Assembly: GCA_017440375.1 (NCBI GenBank)
Contig: JAFSHK010000059.1
Coordinates: 5,045 to 69,044 of the forward strand
Source: Lachnospiraceae bacterium
Lineage (GTDB): Bacteria > Bacillota > Clostridia > Lachnospirales > Lachnospiraceae
Length of the DNA stretch: 64,000 nt
Direction: 5' to 3'
Shown here: piece by piece, positions 9,666-20,494 of the stretch
Layout of the letters: each line of letters opens with the position of its first letter
Numbering within the stretch: position 1 is the first letter of the stretch
The notes under the pieces: model-generated
What the model was told of the DNA's origin: nothing
Database searches by the model: none
Seen by the model: only the letters and a program-made list of their open reading frames with translations
Program-made: the position numbers and the translations under genes

Positions 9666-10160
9666 CTATCTTATATGACCATATTTTTCATAAACCAGTT
9701 TCCCGACAAAATCAGGAACGCACTGCGATATATCTCCATTGAAGCTGGCAATCTCTTTTACACTGGAAGAACTCAAATAAGCATATTCCAAACTCGTTGT
9801 CAGAAACATTGTATCAAGTTCTCCATTGGAAAGTTTTCTGTTCGTCTGCGCTATCTGCAATTCGTATTCAAAATCTGTAATAGCACGCAGACCTCTAATT
9901 GCTACATGAACCCCTTTTTGCTTCGCATAATCAATTAACAGACCACTGAAAGAATCTATCTTCACATTCGGAATATCCTTCGTCGCCTCTTCTAATATCT
10001 TAACACGTTCTTCCACAGAAAACAATGGACTCTTTACGTTATTATTTAACACGCTAACGGTCAATTCGTCAAAAATTTCTGCCGCACGTTTGATAACATC
10101 TAAATGTCCGTAAGTAACCGGATCAAAACTCCCCGGATAAATTGCTGCCTTCATATTCAT
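9666..10160 (-). CDS. coaD: Phosphopantetheine adenylyltransferase
   Basis: [37 protein letters not shown]. Start may be 10154. Confidence 0.95.
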   Translation of the reverse strand: MNMKAAIYPGSFDPVTYGHLDVIKRAAEIFDELTVSVLNNNVKSPLFSVEERVKILEEATKDIPNVKIDSFSGLLIDYAKQKGVHVAIRGLRAITDFEYELQIAQTNRKLSNGELDTMFLTTSLEYAYLSSSSVKEIASFNGDISQCVPDFVGKLVYEKYGHIR

Positions 10161-10273
10161 GCCCTCTTGCTAATTCTTTGCTATAAACTCATTTATAATA
10201 CTACATTTTTCTATTGTCTGTATTATATAATAAATCACTTTGTCCTAAATGTCTTTACTTTCTTTCAAAAAAT

Positions 10274-10822
10274 TTAATTTTTCCATAAAAAAACATGTTT
10301 ATTCGTTTTGTAGCACTTTTCTTTTTCTATATAAAAGCCAAGCGATTCTGCATACGTATAATCTGTATCCAAAGCAGCTTCCACCACAATTAACGTATTT
10401 TCTGTTACATAAGGCATATTCTGTAAAACAGCAAGCACTTGCTTCTCATAGCCTTGTTCATAAGGCGGGTCCATAAAAATAACGTCTGCCTCTTTTTCAT
10501 GAATTCCTGCAAGAGCGCTTAATACATCTTGTTTTAGTACAGTAGCCTTGTCTTCAAAGCGCGTAAATTTCAGGTTGTCCAGAATACATACAAGTGCATT
10601 TTTATTGTTTTCTACAAAATAAGCATGTTCTGCACCTCGGCTGATGGCTTCAATTCCGATACCGCCGCTTCCGCTAAACAAATCAATGAAAATTCCGCCC
10701 GGAAGATACGGCTGTAACATATTAAACAACGTTTCCTTAATACGGTCAGTTGTTGGTCTGGTATCCATTCCTTCCGGTGTTTTTAATCTTAAACTTCTTG
10801 CTGTTCCTGCAATAACACGCAT
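10274..10822 (-). CDS. rsmD: 16S rRNA m2G966 methyltransferase RsmD
   Basis: MRVIAG, TRPTTDRIKETLFN, DLFSGSG, DPPY. Start moved to 10822 (AAGGAG RBS). Confidence 0.92.
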   Translation of the reverse strand: MRVIAGTARSLRLKTPEGMDTRPTTDRIKETLFNMLQPYLPGGIFIDLFSGSGGIGIEAISRGAEHAYFVENNKNALVCILDNLKFTRFEDKATVLKQDVLSALAGIHEKEADVIFMDPPYEQGYEKQVLAVLQNMPYVTENTLIVVEAALDTDYTYAESLGFYIEKEKCYKTNKHVFLWKN

Positions 10823-10896
10823 ATTTTTTCTCCTTATATCGGCTTCCAATACAGTTCATCCCATGTGCACACTGCCTCTCTTACTCATATCTGCAA

Positions 10897-13134
10897 TTAT
10901 ACACGCACCTTCACACCTTTGCTGTCTCTACTGCCTAATTTCAATTTGTTAAGTTCCATTGTTTTCCCTTTGTATTCTACCGATTGTTCATCCGTATTAC
11001 GGGTAAAATAAACATTTTCCAAATAGTCATTCGCACCAAGCTTCATACCGCGAACGCCAACAGCGCCCTTCTTTTTCTCTGGAATGTCTTCCACTGCAAA
11101 TCGCAGGAAATAGCCATCTTTGGACTGCAATATGATGTTGCGCTGCTCTTTCAGTGTTACAACACTAACAACTTCATCGCCATCCTGTAATTTTGTTGCG
11201 GCTACGGTTCTCTTCGCTACATCAAACTCACCACCGTCAACAACTTTAAGCATTGCACTCTTAGTCGCAAAAATGACACGATACAAGTTCAAGTCCGTCT
11301 GGCTTGCTACGAATACAATCGATTCTTTTGCTGAATCATAATTACTGATATTATCTACCGGAATACCTTTGTCTCTGAATTTTCCAAACGGAATATCCAT
11401 TACTTTAATCGTATGAAGCTGTCCCATATTTGTGAACAGACATACCTTACCGGTATTTTTACATTGAAACACATATTTATTTTCTGCAAAAACTGCATCT
11501 TTATTACGTTCAAATGTCTGTAAATCAATCGTTCTTGCATATCCGAAACGATCCATCAGGAAAATGATGTCCATCTCTTCCATTTTCTTCTCTACATAAA
11601 CCGCTTCTTGCGCATTCGTAATTTCCGTTCTTCTCGCTCTTCCGTAAGCTTCCTTGATTTCATCCAGTTCATTCATGATAACCTGTGCCATAGAATCTCG
11701 TCTTGCAAGAATATCTTCATAACGGTAAATATTCGCCATTGTTTCTTCGTGGTCGTTAATCAAAGCCTCAATTTCCAGACCAATCAATTTATACAGACGC
11801 ATGTCCAGAATTGCATTTGCCTGTTTTTCAGAAAACATAAGCTGCGTTGCCATGATTTTAGACTCTTTGGTCTTGAATTTAATGCCGTCAATTTTTCCTT
11901 CGACCAAGCAGGCTTTTGCCATATTTCTGTCTTTCGAACCACGCAGAATCTCAATAATCAAATCAATAACATTACATGCTTTGATAAGACCTTCCTGAAT
12001 TTCTTTCTTTTCCAATTCTTTTGCCAACAGATTTTTATACTTTCTGGTAGCCACTTCATACTGGAAATCCACATTGGCTTTGATAATCTGTTTTAAGCCC
12101 ATGGTTTCCGGTCTGCCGTCAGCAATCGCCAACATATTAACACCGAACGTATCTTCTAATCTTGTTTTCTTGTAGAGCATATTTTTGAAATTCTCTACAT
12201 CGGCATCCTTACGAAGCTCTATTACAATACGAATCCCTTCTTTGGAGGACTGATTTGTAATATCCACAATATCCTGTGTCTTCTTCGTTTCTGCAAGAGC
12301 GGCCACATCCATAAGAAACTTGCCGATATTGGTCCCTATCATGGTAAAAGGAATCTCTGTAATTACAAGATTTACTTTTCCGCCTTTGGCTTTCTCTACT
12401 TCTACTTTACCACGGATTTTCACCTTACCCGCTCCTGTTTCATAGATATCCAGAAGCTCGTCCTGATTGATGACAATACCACCCGTCGGGAAATCCGGTC
12501 CCTTCACATAACGCATCAATTCCCTTGTCGTAATGTTTTCATCCTTCATATAGGCTTTGGTTGCGTTGATAACTTCCACTAAATTGTGTGGCGGAATGTT
12601 GGTTGCCATACCAACCGCAATACCCTCCGAACCATTAATCAGGAGATTCGGTATTTTAACCGGAAGAACACTTGGTTCTTTCTCCGTTTCATCAAAGTTT
12701 GGCAGAAAATCCACCACATCTTTATCTAAATCCGCAAGAAAAGCTTCCTGCGTGATTTTCTCTAATCTCGCTTCGGTATAACGCATTGCTGCTGCGCCGT
12801 CGCCCTCGATATTACCGAAGTTACCGTGTCCGTCAACAAGTGGAAGTCCTTTTTTGAAATCCTGTGTCATAACAACAAGCGCTTCATAAATGGAACTGTC
12901 ACCATGCGGATGATATTTACCCATCGTATCACCGACAATACGCGCAGATTTACGATACGGTCTGTCATAACGGATGCCAAGTTCATACATATCATATAAA
13001 GTTCTTCGTTGTACCGGTTTAAGTCCGTCACGAACATCCGGCAAGGCTCTGGCAATAATAACGCTCATCGCATAATCAATATAGGATTTCTGCATTACCT
13101 CGGAATATTCCGTTTTTATAATTCTATCGTTCAT
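10897..13134 (-). CDS. parC: Type IIA topoisomerase subunit A, probably topoisomerase IV (ParC-like)
   Basis: [33 protein letters not shown] active site; short C-terminal domain with no GyrA-box. Confidence 0.8.
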   Translation of the reverse strand: MNDRIIKTEYSEVMQKSYIDYAMSVIIARALPDVRDGLKPVQRRTLYDMYELGIRYDRPYRKSARIVGDTMGKYHPHGDSSIYEALVVMTQDFKKGLPLVDGHGNFGNIEGDGAAAMRYTEARLEKITQEAFLADLDKDVVDFLPNFDETEKEPSVLPVKIPNLLINGSEGIAVGMATNIPPHNLVEVINATKAYMKDENITTRELMRYVKGPDFPTGGIVINQDELLDIYETGAGKVKIRGKVEVEKAKGGKVNLVITEIPFTMIGTNIGKFLMDVAALAETKKTQDIVDITNQSSKEGIRIVIELRKDADVENFKNMLYKKTRLEDTFGVNMLAIADGRPETMGLKQIIKANVDFQYEVATRKYKNLLAKELEKKEIQEGLIKACNVIDLIIEILRGSKDRNMAKACLVEGKIDGIKFKTKESKIMATQLMFSEKQANAILDMRLYKLIGLEIEALINDHEETMANIYRYEDILARRDSMAQVIMNELDEIKEAYGRARRTEITNAQEAVYVEKKMEEMDIIFLMDRFGYARTIDLQTFERNKDAVFAENKYVFQCKNTGKVCLFTNMGQLHTIKVMDIPFGKFRDKGIPVDNISNYDSAKESIVFVASQTDLNLYRVIFATKSAMLKVVDGGEFDVAKRTVAATKLQDGDEVVSVVTLKEQRNIILQSKDGYFLRFAVEDIPEKKKGAVGVRGMKLGANDYLENVYFTRNTDEQSVEYKGKTMELNKLKLGSRDSKGVKVRV

Positions 13135-13208
13135 ATTATTTTACACTACCTTTGCTTGTAGAACTATTCGTCTTTCACTACAATTCTTTATTCTGTATAC
13201 CAGTCTGT

Positions 13209-15131
13209 CTAAATATCCAATTCCGCATCCTGCGCATGATTATAAATAAATGCTTTACGTGGCGGCACATCCGTTCCCATCAACATTTCCGTTACTTCAG
13301 AAGCCATTCTGGCATCCTCTATTTCTACCAGTTTCAAAAGTCTTGTATCCGGGTCAAGAGTTGTTTCCCACAACTGCTCTGCATCCATTTCACCAAGACC
13401 TTTATAACGCTGTAAGGTAAAAGGTCCTTTGTGTGTTTTACGATATTTCTCTAATGCCTTATCATCATACAGATATTCTTCTTTACCCTTAGACGGCATC
13501 GCTTTATAAAGAGGCGGCATGGCAATATAAACATGTCCCTCATAGATAAGCTCCGGCATAAACCGATAAAATAACGTCAAAAGCAACGTAGAAATGTGTG
13601 CACCATCCACGTCCGCATCCGCCATAATAATAATTTTGTCGTAACGAAGCTTAGTAATATCAAAATCATTACCATAGCCTTCCGAAAAGCCACAACCAAA
13701 AGCATTAATCATTGTCTTGATTTCCGCATTGGCAAGCACCTTATCTATGCTTGCTTTCTCGACATTCAAAATCTTACCGCGAATCGGCAGAATCGCCTGA
13801 AACATACGATTTCTTGCTGTTTTGGCACTACCGCCCGCAGAATCACCTTCTACGATGAAGATTTCACATTTAGAAGCATCCTTTGATTCACAATTTGCCA
13901 GTTTGCCATTAGAATCAAAAGAAAACTTCTGTTTGGTAAGCATATTGGTTTTCGCTTTTTCTTCTGTTTTACGGATTTTTGCAGCTTTTTCTGCACATCC
14001 TATGATATTTTTCAAGGTTTCCAGATTACGGTCAAAAAAACGGACAATTTCATCACCCGTTACTTTACTAACCACTTTGGAGGCATCCTGATTATCTAAT
14101 TTTGTCTTAGTTTGTCCTTCAAAACGAGGGTCCGGATGCTTAATAGAAACAACCGCCGTCATACCATTTCGTACATCAGCACCGGTAAAATTAACATCCT
14201 TTTCTTTCAGGATATTCAAGCCCCTTGCATATGTATTGATTACGTTTGTAAACATGGTTTTAAAGCCGGTCAAGTGTGTACCACCTTCGGCATTGTAAAT
14301 ATTATTACAAAAACCAAGAACATTTTCATGGAATTCATTCACGTACTGAAATGCTACTTCTACGTTGATTCCTTCCGCTTCTCCCTGAAAATAAATGACA
14401 TCATGAATTGCTTCTTTGGACTTATTCATATCCTTGATAAAACCGATAATTCCTTCCGGCTCATGATATTCAATATGTTCCACTTCATCTTTTCTTTTGT
14501 CTTCAAAAACAATTGTAAGATTGGGATTTAAATATGCTGTTTCATGCAAACGACTTTTCACTTCATCTTCTTTAAATCTTGTTTTATCAAAAATCGTATC
14601 ATCCGGTAAGAAACTAATCTTTGTTCCGGTTTCTTTGGTTTTCCCAACAACCGGCAAAAGCCCATTCTGTAATTCCAGAACAGGCACTCCACGTTCATAT
14701 TTATCTTCATATATGCAGCCTTCGGTTTTCACAACAACATGCAACCAGGACGACAAAGCATTGACGACCGAGGAACCCACACCATGTAGACCACCACTTG
14801 TCTTATATGCTTCGTTATCAAATTTACCGCCGGCATGGAGTGTCGTAAATACCAGTCGCTCTGCACTGATTCCTTTCTCATGCATTCCGACCGGAATACC
14901 ACGCCCATCATCCTCTATCGTTGCCGACCCATCTGCTTCCAGTGTAACATAAATTGTCTTACAATATCCCGCCAGATGCTCATCCACTGCATTATCAACG
15001 ATTTCATAGATTAAATGATTCAGACCTTTGGTAGAAACACTACCTATGTACATACCCGGTCTTACTCTGACAGCTTCCAGTCCCTCCAGAACGGTAATAC
15101 TGGATGCGTCATATTTATTTTCTTTTGCCAT
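13209..15131 (-). CDS. parE: Type IIA topoisomerase subunit B, probably topoisomerase IV (ParE-like)
   Basis: LEGLEAVRVRPGMYIG, GGLHGVG, VEGDSAGG, PIRGKILN, DADVDG, RYKGLGEM. Confidence 0.8.
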   Translation of the reverse strand: MAKENKYDASSITVLEGLEAVRVRPGMYIGSVSTKGLNHLIYEIVDNAVDEHLAGYCKTIYVTLEADGSATIEDDGRGIPVGMHEKGISAERLVFTTLHAGGKFDNEAYKTSGGLHGVGSSVVNALSSWLHVVVKTEGCIYEDKYERGVPVLELQNGLLPVVGKTKETGTKISFLPDDTIFDKTRFKEDEVKSRLHETAYLNPNLTIVFEDKRKDEVEHIEYHEPEGIIGFIKDMNKSKEAIHDVIYFQGEAEGINVEVAFQYVNEFHENVLGFCNNIYNAEGGTHLTGFKTMFTNVINTYARGLNILKEKDVNFTGADVRNGMTAVVSIKHPDPRFEGQTKTKLDNQDASKVVSKVTGDEIVRFFDRNLETLKNIIGCAEKAAKIRKTEEKAKTNMLTKQKFSFDSNGKLANCESKDASKCEIFIVEGDSAGGSAKTARNRMFQAILPIRGKILNVEKASIDKVLANAEIKTMINAFGCGFSEGYGNDFDITKLRYDKIIIMADADVDGAHISTLLLTLFYRFMPELIYEGHVYIAMPPLYKAMPSKGKEEYLYDDKALEKYRKTHKGPFTLQRYKGLGEMDAEQLWETTLDPDTRLLKLVEIEDARMASEVTEMLMGTDVPPRKAFIYNHAQDAELDI

Positions 15132-15220
15132 GCAAACACCTCACTGCTTAACTTTCGCGAACATTTTACCATATATTTAGTAGTTTGAAAAGCAAAAAAT
15201 ACCAGATACAGTGTAGTTTT

Positions 15221-17437
15221 CTACTCTACTTCCTCTATTTTCTCTGACGGCAAATACCGCTGTAATAATTCCTCAAGTTTTGCTGAATCAATCGGTTTGG
15301 ATAGATAATCGGTAAACCCTGCTTGTAAATATTCGTCTTTTGCTCCGGCAATAGCATTGGCAGTAAGTGCTATGACAGCAGGTCTTGTCTGCTGATACAA
15401 CGAAATATCCTGCATTCTGCGTAATGTTTCTATTCCATCCATTTCCGGCATCATATGATCTAACAGAATTACGTCGTATCGGTTCTGCGCTACTTTTTCC
15501 AAACACTCGACGCCACTAAGCGCAGAATCGCATTTTATCTGTATTTTCTTTAGTAAGCCTTTTACAACGGCAATATTTACCCTGTTATCATCTACCGAAA
15601 GGATATTAGCAGTCGGCGCAATAAAGTTTTTATGTTTGCTCACCAGATTGTCTGTCATTTCTTTCAGACACTCTTTATAATTTCCCATTTCCTGAGAATC
15701 CACGATTTTCTGTGGAATAACAAATGAAAATGTACTGCCTTCTCCATAAACACTCGTAACATTCAGTTTCCCGCCCATCATCTCGACAAGACGTCGCGTA
15801 ATATTAAGACCTAGACCGGTACCCTCAACATTACGATTCTTAGACATATCCAAACGAATAAACGAATCAAATAATTTATCCAAATCTTTCTCTTGGATTC
15901 CGATACCGGTATCTTTCACGCTTACCCGGAGATTAATCATACCATCTTCTGTTTTCACTTTTTCTATCATTAAATGAATGGAACCTTGTTTTGTATACTT
16001 AACCGAATTTGTCAGCAAATTGATAATACATTGCTTCACTCGCATTTCATCGCCATAAAGCTTCATCGGTATCGTTTTGTCCGCTTCAATTACAAATTTC
16101 AAATTCTTCTCTTCTGCACGCATAGATATCATGTTCTCAATATCTACAATTAACATTCGAATATCATAATCTGCTGCAACAATTTCCATTTTGCCGGATT
16201 CAATCTTCGATAAATCAAGTACATCATTGATTATCGAAAGCAATGTTTTACCGGCATTATGAATATTGACCGCATACTCTCTGATATTCTCCGACTCACT
16301 TTCTCGCAGAATCATTTCGTTCATACCCAGCACCGCGTTAATCGGCGTACGAATTTCATGGGACATACTGGCAAGGAAAGAACTTTTTGCTTTATTGGCA
16401 CGCTCTGCTTCTTCCTTTAATTCAATCAATCTTCTTGTTTGACGATAATCCTCTGTTACATCAAAAATACGGTATAAATTACCGGCAACTTGTTCGTTAT
16501 GATTGAGAATATCAACCTTTTGCCATTTAAAGAAATGTTCTTCCATCCAGAATCCCTCCGGATGCCCTTCAATAAAGCGCAATATTTCCCGATGCGTCAT
16601 TTTATCATGATGCACCTCGATATTACTGTTTTGCACACGCGGAAAAATCAAACCAAATTCATGATTAAAGTAAAGCGTATCTCCAAAACTATCTGTTACA
16701 AAAATACCTTCTTTTAACTCTTCTAAAACTCGTTCTTTAGCAATGGTAACCGTATCAAACAAACGATAGCGGAACATGGTAAAAACCAATAAGCTTTCCG
16801 CAATTATCATAGAGAGCGGAAAGATATCATATACCCCGGTAACACCACTTACCGTTATCAATAGAAAAATGACAGGAATCGCTGTTGCAAAAACAATCAA
16901 CCTGTACTCATGTCGATGTTCTTTTTTATGTTCCATTGCGGATGCCGATGCAATGAGTACAATAATCAATCCCAATGACCACATAGCAACACTCCACCAG
17001 ATACGAAACGGTCCCGGTGTAAAAATCCACATACACTGCCCACTACCCATATCTACGCGTTCAATTTGGGAATAATATAAATTATGTTTATCAAAACAAA
17101 GCACAACCGCCAGTACAATCATGTTATTAATGACAAAAAATATTTTTATTGCTTTCAAAATACTTTTCTTAATTCGGCTATTGTACAGACAAACAAAAAA
17201 CAAGAATCCTAATAATCCACACGTTGTACCTATATATTCTAGTTTAACGGCCACATACATTGTTTCCTCTGTTGTGGCTAATAACTCATATAAATATCCA
17301 AATACATTCAGTGAAATAAATGCCGTTCCTTCAAACAAACATTTCTGCGCTTCAGATGGTTTTATCATAAACATAGAAAGCGCCAATATTAAGCATAATA
17401 TAAACCCTACAATATGTATTCCTATCATCAATTCCAT
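15221..17437 (-). CDS. Hybrid sensor histidine kinase (HisKA_7TM-like membrane domain, HisKA, HATPase, receiver)
   Basis: About 7 TM segments; MSHEIRTP H-box, NLLTNSVKYT N-box, DTGIG and GTGLGL G-boxes; receiver LLDHMMPEMDG...SKP. Confidence 0.9.
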   Translation of the reverse strand: MELMIGIHIVGFILCLILALSMFMIKPSEAQKCLFEGTAFISLNVFGYLYELLATTEETMYVAVKLEYIGTTCGLLGFLFFVCLYNSRIKKSILKAIKIFFVINNMIVLAVVLCFDKHNLYYSQIERVDMGSGQCMWIFTPGPFRIWWSVAMWSLGLIIVLIASASAMEHKKEHRHEYRLIVFATAIPVIFLLITVSGVTGVYDIFPLSMIIAESLLVFTMFRYRLFDTVTIAKERVLEELKEGIFVTDSFGDTLYFNHEFGLIFPRVQNSNIEVHHDKMTHREILRFIEGHPEGFWMEEHFFKWQKVDILNHNEQVAGNLYRIFDVTEDYRQTRRLIELKEEAERANKAKSSFLASMSHEIRTPINAVLGMNEMILRESESENIREYAVNIHNAGKTLLSIINDVLDLSKIESGKMEIVAADYDIRMLIVDIENMISMRAEEKNLKFVIEADKTIPMKLYGDEMRVKQCIINLLTNSVKYTKQGSIHLMIEKVKTEDGMINLRVSVKDTGIGIQEKDLDKLFDSFIRLDMSKNRNVEGTGLGLNITRRLVEMMGGKLNVTSVYGEGSTFSFVIPQKIVDSQEMGNYKECLKEMTDNLVSKHKNFIAPTANILSVDDNRVNIAVVKGLLKKIQIKCDSALSGVECLEKVAQNRYDVILLDHMMPEMDGIETLRRMQDISLYQQTRPAVIALTANAIAGAKDEYLQAGFTDYLSKPIDSAKLEELLQRYLPSEKIEEVE

Positions 17438-18171
17438 AATGCAACCTCATACAAATATTCTCTTCCACGTTTTCCTACACGATTCACTAACTTCATGCTA
17501 AACAAAATATGCAGTGTTACTCTAGCCAAATCACAATGAATTTTTGCTGCTTTCGCAAATTCTTTCACTGTAAATGTATCTTCCAATTCATAGGGAATCA
17601 CTTGAATAAAATCTTCCGGTCTTTCAAACCACACTTCATCAACCAACGCCAAAGGCATTCTGTCATAACGATTAGAACCCCGTTTCCGATCTTTACTCCA
17701 ACCATTCAGAAGACGGTACTCATCCATATCAATCAGCGGAAATGCAAAAGAAAGATTGGGATGTGTTAACAAATTTTTGATTTTATATAATTCCGGAAAA
17801 GCACTATATACACTTCCGGTCACAGGCGATTTGTGCTTCTTCGACAATTCCCCGCTCTCTTCATCCATCCAGATAAGCCACTTAAAATGTGGAATCGGCA
17901 AAACTACAGTAACCTGATAATTCGGCAAAAATGCTGCTAATTTATCTCTGAGCCGATTAAAATTCCCGTTCTGAATCTCAATAATACGATTACCGGTATA
18001 TATATCGGCAATATAACCTTCTATCGGAACCTCATGATAGTCAATATTCGGCTCATAATATAATTTCATTACCGCATGCACTGTTTTCTCCTGCAAAGTA
18101 CCAAAACCATGCTGTTCATGTTGTTTCAAAAGTACTTTAAGCTTTGCCTCTTCAAATGCTTCCTTATCCAT
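17428..18171 (-). CDS. Hypothetical protein, PD-(D/E)xK-like N-terminus and winged-helix-like C-terminus
   Basis: EKTVH...HEVPIEGYIADI...IIEIQ; C-terminal FTVKEFAKAAKI...LVNRVGKRGREYLY. Start taken at MDKEAF (18171). Confidence 0.6.
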   Translation of the reverse strand: MDKEAFEEAKLKVLLKQHEQHGFGTLQEKTVHAVMKLYYEPNIDYHEVPIEGYIADIYTGNRIIEIQNGNFNRLRDKLAAFLPNYQVTVVLPIPHFKWLIWMDEESGELSKKHKSPVTGSVYSAFPELYKIKNLLTHPNLSFAFPLIDMDEYRLLNGWSKDRKRGSNRYDRMPLALVDEVWFERPEDFIQVIPYELEDTFTVKEFAKAAKIHCDLARVTLHILFSMKLVNRVGKRGREYLYEVALWN

Positions 18172-18351
18172 GCGATATCTTCTCTTTCTCTGATTATTAC
18201 ATTCTATTATAGCGAACTGTTTGTTTTGAAACAAGATTTATATTTTTATAATTTACTTTGCTATCATTTTATTATATAATTTTAAATATAAATATTTTGT
18301 TTTTCACTTTTTATTTGTTACAAGTAACCAATGATAAAAGGACATACCAAT

Positions 18352-19437
18352 ATGAAGAGTGTTGATAAGGCACGAAAAATATTCCGACGCATTGTTTCAT
18401 CTGAACAATATAAATATAGTATTCTTATTTACTCTATTGCAACAGTACATATCATTCTTGTTGCTCTTTTTTGCTACCTTCATATTCTCCCTTTAATTAT
18501 CTTTAACATATTAAGTGTTATAATCTATTTGAGCTGTGCTCGCGCAATTCATTATGAATGCAAGCTGATTCGTATTTTTTATATTATTTATGTTGAAATT
18601 GTTGCCCACTCATTTGTCTCTACAATTTGTATCGGGTGGCGTTTCGGTTTCCCACAATACATAATAGCTCTCATACCGTTCGGCTATTATATGTGCCACT
18701 CTTTAATAGCAGGAAAACGAAAATATCTCACCGCTACGCTTCTTGGCATTGCAGGCTTTTTTTCCTACATCGGATGTCGTATGATTTCCTTGTTTTCCGG
18801 ACCGGTTTACGAAACTGATGATTCCCCTGTTCTGGAATTTATAATTTACGGATTTAACTCCGTTTGTACCTTTATTTTTTTACTATTTTTTTCTTTGATC
18901 TTTGTTTATGAAATGCACAGTGCAACAAACAAACTTCGTAATCAGAATGAAATTTTAGAGAAGCTTGCCAGTACCGATCCTTTGACCGGTTTGTATAATC
19001 GTCGCAGTATGCAGATTTTTCTGAATCATGCACTGGAGTCTCACTCCGATTTCTGTATTTTAATGTGTGATATTGATAACTTCAAAAAAATAAATGACAC
19101 CTACGGCCATGATTTCGGTGACGAAGTATTAAAATGTGTCGCTACTATCATTCAGGAACACGTAAAGGATGATGACTATGTTTGTCGTTGGGGTGGCGAA
19201 GAAATTCTCATTCTCAGTAATAACAGCACACTTAACCAAGCTTGTCAAAAAGCTGAAACCATTCGCCGAAATATTGCAAATAATATATTCTATCATGGCG
19301 AAAAAATAATACATTGTTCCCTTACAATCGGTGTTGCCTCCCATCAAGCCGGTAGTTCTGTCGAAGATACTATAACAAACGCAGATGCTAATTTATATTT
19401 TGGTAAGAGAAACGGAAAAAACAGGGTTATCTCATAA
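18352..19437 (+). CDS. Membrane-bound diguanylate cyclase (GGDEF domain)
   Basis: Multiple TM segments, DPLTGLYNRR, DIDNFKKINDTYGHDFGD, RWGGEEI. AAAGGA RBS favours a start at 18352. Confidence 0.9.
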   Translation: MKSVDKARKIFRRIVSSEQYKYSILIYSIATVHIILVALFCYLHILPLIIFNILSVIIYLSCARAIHYECKLIRIFYIIYVEIVAHSFVSTICIGWRFGFPQYIIALIPFGYYMCHSLIAGKRKYLTATLLGIAGFFSYIGCRMISLFSGPVYETDDSPVLEFIIYGFNSVCTFIFLLFFSLIFVYEMHSATNKLRNQNEILEKLASTDPLTGLYNRRSMQIFLNHALESHSDFCILMCDIDNFKKINDTYGHDFGDEVLKCVATIIQEHVKDDDYVCRWGGEEILILSNNSTLNQACQKAETIRRNIANNIFYHGEKIIHCSLTIGVASHQAGSSVEDTITNADANLYFGKRNGKNRVIS

Positions 19438-19462
19438 ATAAATTATGAGTCCCCTGTTTTCT

Positions 19463-20437
19463 TTATTTGGCACTTAATTGGCTATCGCTCTTGATAATTT
19501 TGTCTGTATATTCACGAATTATTTTAGTAGATTCTTTAAATCTTGTTAATTCTCCCGGTGTCATGTGAATTTCCAACACATCCGCAGCTCCCAAACGGTT
19601 TAAGACCGTCGGAACACCTGCATAAACATCTTTTTCACCGTACTCACCCTCCAAAAGCGTGGAAACCGGAATAATCTTGTTTTCATCATTTAAAATTGCT
19701 TTTATAATACCGGCACAAGCGGTTGCAATTCCATAATAAGTGGTTCCTTTACGATTTAGAATTTCCCATCCTTCCTGTGTTGTTTTGTGCACCAACCCTT
19801 CCAAATCAATATCGCCAAACTGTTCCTTGTTATCTTGTAAAACATCAAAGAACGGCTTTCCGCCTACCGTAACAGTAGACCACGGAACCATCTGGGAATC
19901 GCCATGCTCTCCCATACAGAAAGCATATATATTTCTTGGATCAATCTTGGTAATCTGACCAATAAAATTCTGCAGTCTCGCCGAATCAATGGCTGTACCT
20001 GAGCCAATCACTTGATTTTTCGGTAATCCGGATAATTTATAAACATAGTGAGAAATCATATCAACCGGATTAGAGACAACAAGAAAAATACCATCAAATC
20101 CGCTGGACATAATAGGATTGACAATAGATTTACATATCTTTGCACTCGCCTCTAACGTATCCAATCTGGATTGTCCTTGCTTAGGTGGTGCACCTGCCGC
20201 AATAACAACAATGTCCATATCCCCGCAGTCCATATATTTTCCGGTTTTTACAATAACATTTCTATTTAAATATTCTATACAGTTATTTAAGTCAAGCATT
20301 TCACCATAAGCTCGTTCCTCATTGGCATCAATTAGCATAACTTCATCACAAATCCCCTGTGTAATCAGACTGAATGCTGTTGTAGAGCCAACTAAGCCAC
20401 ACCCTACAATCGCTACTTTTTTCTTCGTTATTCTCAT
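19463..20437 (-). CDS. ldh: L-lactate/malate dehydrogenase family protein
   Basis: GCGLVG, SNPVD, GTAIDSARL, GEHGDS, KGTTYYGIA. Confidence 0.8.
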   Translation of the reverse strand: MRITKKKVAIVGCGLVGSTTAFSLITQGICDEVMLIDANEERAYGEMLDLNNCIEYLNRNVIVKTGKYMDCGDMDIVVIAAGAPPKQGQSRLDTLEASAKICKSIVNPIMSSGFDGIFLVVSNPVDMISHYVYKLSGLPKNQVIGSGTAIDSARLQNFIGQITKIDPRNIYAFCMGEHGDSQMVPWSTVTVGGKPFFDVLQDNKEQFGDIDLEGLVHKTTQEGWEILNRKGTTYYGIATACAGIIKAILNDENKIIPVSTLLEGEYGEKDVYAGVPTVLNRLGAADVLEIHMTPGELTRFKESTKIIREYTDKIIKSDSQLSAK

Positions 20438-20494
20438 TACGTTTTCCCATCCTTTCTACATACAATTTAATTCCCAAAAATCAAACCCTAAATT

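Noticed and set aside
15158-15171. CGAAC upstream of parE as a LexA box
   Set aside because: Only a half-site is present; the GTTCG arm is missing.
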